Origin: a virus
Lineage: Duplodnaviria; Caudoviricetes
IMG/VR virus record: IMGVR_UViG_3300035183_000941
Coordinates: 1 to 28,846 of that record
Length of the DNA: 28,846 nucleotides
Direction: 5' to 3' (one strand)
Shown: positions 26,296-28,846 of the stretch, piece by piece
Numbering within the stretch: position 1 is the stretch's first letter
Layout of the letters: each line of letters starts with the position of its first letter
The notes under the pieces: generated by a model
Told to the model about the DNA's origin: nothing
The model's input: the letters and a program-made list of their open reading frames with translations, nothing else
Database searches by the model: none
Position numbers and translations under genes: made by a program

Positions 26296-26856
26296 ATGGC
26301 AAAAAAGAGTAAAGATTACCAAGAGATGTGGATTGATAGTGGTATTGATGTACCCGGTAGACACATCTTTATCAATGCTGAAATAAATGACACAATGGCG
26401 GATAGACTCATATCAGGTCTACATCTTATGGATGGAGATAAGCCGGTCACAATAATCCTGCAGACTTACGGTGGGGATATCGACTCAATGTTCTCTATGT
26501 ATGATGCCATAAAAGGCTTTCATGCAGAAATAACAATAAAAGTATCAGGTTACGCCTGCTCAGCCGGAGTGATTATTCTTCAGGCAGCCGATCATAGACT
26601 TATAGCTCCTCACGCCTATACGATGCATCATGTCGGCAATGGCGGTTTCGGCATGCAACACCCAAGAAACCTCGAGCATGCCCACAACTTTTATAAGCGC
26701 CAAATCAAGCAAATGGAGGATATCCTCCTGTCCCGTATTCGCGAGAAGCATCCGGATATGACTGAGACCAAATTTCGCAATCGCCACGACTGGGATATCT
26801 TTCTGAGTGCCAAAGAGACCGTTGATATGGGGCTGGCTGACGCCATTTCTTATTGA
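26296..26856 (+). CDS. ClpP-like (S14) protease, cytoplasmic
   Basis: TYGGDI, GYACSAGVIILQA, MHH, DIFLSAKE....GLAD; GGAG RBS before ATG 26296. Confidence 0.9.
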   Translation: MAKKSKDYQEMWIDSGIDVPGRHIFINAEINDTMADRLISGLHLMDGDKPVTIILQTYGGDIDSMFSMYDAIKGFHAEITIKVSGYACSAGVIILQAADHRLIAPHAYTMHHVGNGGFGMQHPRNLEHAHNFYKRQIKQMEDILLSRIREKHPDMTETKFRNRHDWDIFLSAKETVDMGLADAISY

Positions 26857-26935
26857 TGATAAAATCATATAAACAACCTATATCAAAGGAGTTTTCTATG
26901 TTTTCAATGTAGTAACCTAAGAAAGGGAAATTGCA

Positions 26936-27505
26936 ATGGAAACATTGAACAAACCTCCGTTTTACGAGTGGATGCAGGGCTACTATTACCTGCGTGATGA
27001 AGTTCGCAGGCTCACCGACTGGATCGATACTCAAAACACAAACAGGGCATGTGAAGGAATTCCAAGACTCAAGACAAATCCATTGGATAATCAAGAGGTT
27101 ATAGATCACCTCTCTGAATCCTATTATGAACTCAGGCTGAAGAACAAAATTCAGATGGATTTCGAGCAGTTCCTGCTCGAGATAGAAAACCTGCTCGTAT
27201 ATGGTCGCACCAGAAATCCATACCGCTCTCGACGTGATTGCACGAATTGCGAATTCCGTGGGCACACAAAGTACGTCAAAAATACAGACCACAAACCCAA
27301 AGAAGAGAAAGATACGGCTTGGCAGGATCACACCCATCACAAGAAAGATAAGGCTAAACACGGCCAATGGTTTAGGTCCGCCAAGAAGTACATAATCAAT
27401 AAGGAAGAGCGATCCTTCCGTCGCTGGACGAAAGCTCAGATAAAAGCCGGGAATTACGATGCCTTGGGTGATGATTGGATTCAAGATAAATGGCTTTGGG
27501 ACTAA
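26936..27505 (+). CDS. Hypothetical protein
   Basis: 189 aa; TGATAAAAT at 26857-26865 upstream; basic C-terminal half. Confidence 0.7.
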   Translation: METLNKPPFYEWMQGYYYLRDEVRRLTDWIDTQNTNRACEGIPRLKTNPLDNQEVIDHLSESYYELRLKNKIQMDFEQFLLEIENLLVYGRTRNPYRSRRDCTNCEFRGHTKYVKNTDHKPKEEKDTAWQDHTHHKKDKAKHGQWFRSAKKYIINKEERSFRRWTKAQIKAGNYDALGDDWIQDKWLWD

Positions 27506-27536
27506 TTTCTTTATAATACCAGGGAATTCCATTCCG

Positions 27537-27545
27537 TGATAAAAT
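27537..27545 (+). promoter_or_regulatory. TGnTAAAAT extended -10 motif
   Basis: TGATAAAAT upstream of the sheath gene. Confidence 0.65.
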
Positions 27546-27582
27546 AGAGCCGTATACCGACTATATAAATCAGGAGACTTAT

Positions 27583-28846
27583 ATGTCCTTACCTTTTGAG
27601 ATTGGCGGAGCAGCTACTGTAGTACCCGGGGTTTACTCAACTTTTTCGGTTGCCTCTAGTCTTCCTAGTGCTGTTGCTGCTGGCCGCTCGGTTTTCATAC
27701 TTGGCGAAGCCGAAGAAGGCGTCCCAGGCTCTCTTTTAGATCTTAAGCTCAATTTCTTCACTGATTTCAGTTCGGTACAGGACTTCTATAAGTCTGGTGC
27801 AATTGTTGATGCCGCCCGTCAACTTTTTAGTAATCAACCAAGTCAAGTATTCTCTGGCGCTATCCAAAGACTCTACATCTATAAGACTAATGAGTCTACC
27901 CGTGCAAGCAAGGCGATCAGCTCTCCATCGAACTACGGCAGCCTTGTTGCTTCCCGTTATGGTGAAGCCGGAAACAAGATCAAGACTCAAATCAAAACCG
28001 GTCAGGCTGAAAGCAAGCCGACCAAAACAATTCTTTATCTTCCAAGTCCAGCGGTCCGCACCTTTAGAGTCGGCATTAATGGCGCGGTTACTGGATCATT
28101 GACTGTTGCTGCAAACGGCAAAGCTGATGCATTTGTGACTGCGTTGGCTGGTGTAACTGGTTTGTCCGCAACTGGCGGAACTGTACGTACCGTCAACGTG
28201 GCATCTCTGACTGTTGATATGTCCGCTTCTGGCGATACACTGACACTCACCAAGGCTTCTGGCGCTGGTGATTTCGGTACAGCCGCTCAGGTCGGTGACG
28301 TGGCTTATATCCGACCTGGCGTAGCTATCGCTGGTGGTGCTGATGAAAATGCTGGCGCTTATTTGGTTACTGCTTGGTCTACGACTTCGGTCAGCCTTAA
28401 GCAACTCAAAGCCACTCCTGCAAGTGCAGAAGCTAACGCCGCCGCATTCGATACCTCGACTGGTATTGTGTTGGCTACGGGTGAACTCGCTGTTAACGCC
28501 CCTGTCGTTTTGGCAGTATCTGCCACTACGGCGACTGGTGCAGCTGCTTCGATGGAGCTTCTGGAAAACTCTTCTGATAAATTGGCCGCTGGTATGATCT
28601 ACCAAGATTCTACCTTCGGCAACCTTCTGGTTGACTCGACCAGCTCTTTGGCAAAAATCACTGCAACTGTCCCGTCGGCTGGCAAATTGACGCTGAGTCT
28701 TAATACCGGTTCTTGGACCTCGATCCCAGCTGCTGGCGATCTGATCAGGATCGGCCGCGGAAGCTTGCTTGCTGGTGCTGGTAACCTCAATGTTGGTACG
28801 ATGATCGTTGAGTCGGCCACAAGCCAAACCATCACCGCAAGCCACC
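27583..28846 (+). CDS. Tail sheath protein, N-terminal part (absent from the ORF track because it runs off the window)
   Basis: AGGAG RBS, ATG 27583; MSLPFEIGGAATVVPGVYS...ILGEAEEGVP...YKSGAIVDA...YGEAGNKI. Confidence 0.85.
   Translation, partial: MSLPFEIGGAATVVPGVYSTFSVASSLPSAVAAGRSVFILGEAEEGVPGSLLDLKLNFFTDFSSVQDFYKSGAIVDAARQLFSNQPSQVFSGAIQRLYIYKTNESTRASKAISSPSNYGSLVASRYGEAGNKIKTQIKTGQAESKPTKTILYLPSPAVRTFRVGINGAVTGSLTVAANGKADAFVTALAGVTGLSATGGTVRTVNVASLTVDMSASGDTLTLTKASGAGDFGTAAQVGDVAYIRPGVAIAGGADENAGAYLVTAWSTTSVSLKQLKATPASAEANAAAFDTSTGIVLATGELAVNAPVVLAVSATTATGAAASMELLENSSDKLAAGMIYQDSTFGNLLVDSTSSLAKITATVPSAGKLTLSLNTGSWTSIPAAGDLIRIGRGSLLAGAGNLNVGTMIVESATSQTITASH

Noticed and set aside
1-28846. 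Stop-codon reassignment, tRNA genes, tnpA/tnpB/iscB genes
   Set aside because: Genes are full length in the standard code; no cloverleaf or RuvC/HUH transposase ORF recognised by eye

Overview
Fragment of a large tailed (myovirus-type) phage genome. Virion genes resemble the SPO1/Twort-like lineage (major capsid 18954-20459, head-tail adaptor, neck proteins, tail sheath starting at 27583 and running off the window) but are scattered among nrdB/nrdA, a DEDDh exonuclease, a SNF2 helicase, two HTH regulators, two related endonucleases flanking the capsid gene, a SET-domain protein and two ClpP-like proteases. The least expected signal is a set of non-coding IS200/IS605 (IS608-type) ends with no tnpA/tnpB in the window. 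One complete 319-bp element (13115-13433) carries only a promoter and a ~200-nt multi-hairpin RNA ending at the right end, and its precise removal restores a 98-aa ORF. There is also a 49-bp left/right hybrid, orphan ends, a candidate ~108-nt structured ncRNA (25769-25876), and three promoter classes (sigma70, sigma28-like, TGnTAAAAT). All protein calls are from motif recognition by eye; no searches or folding were run.
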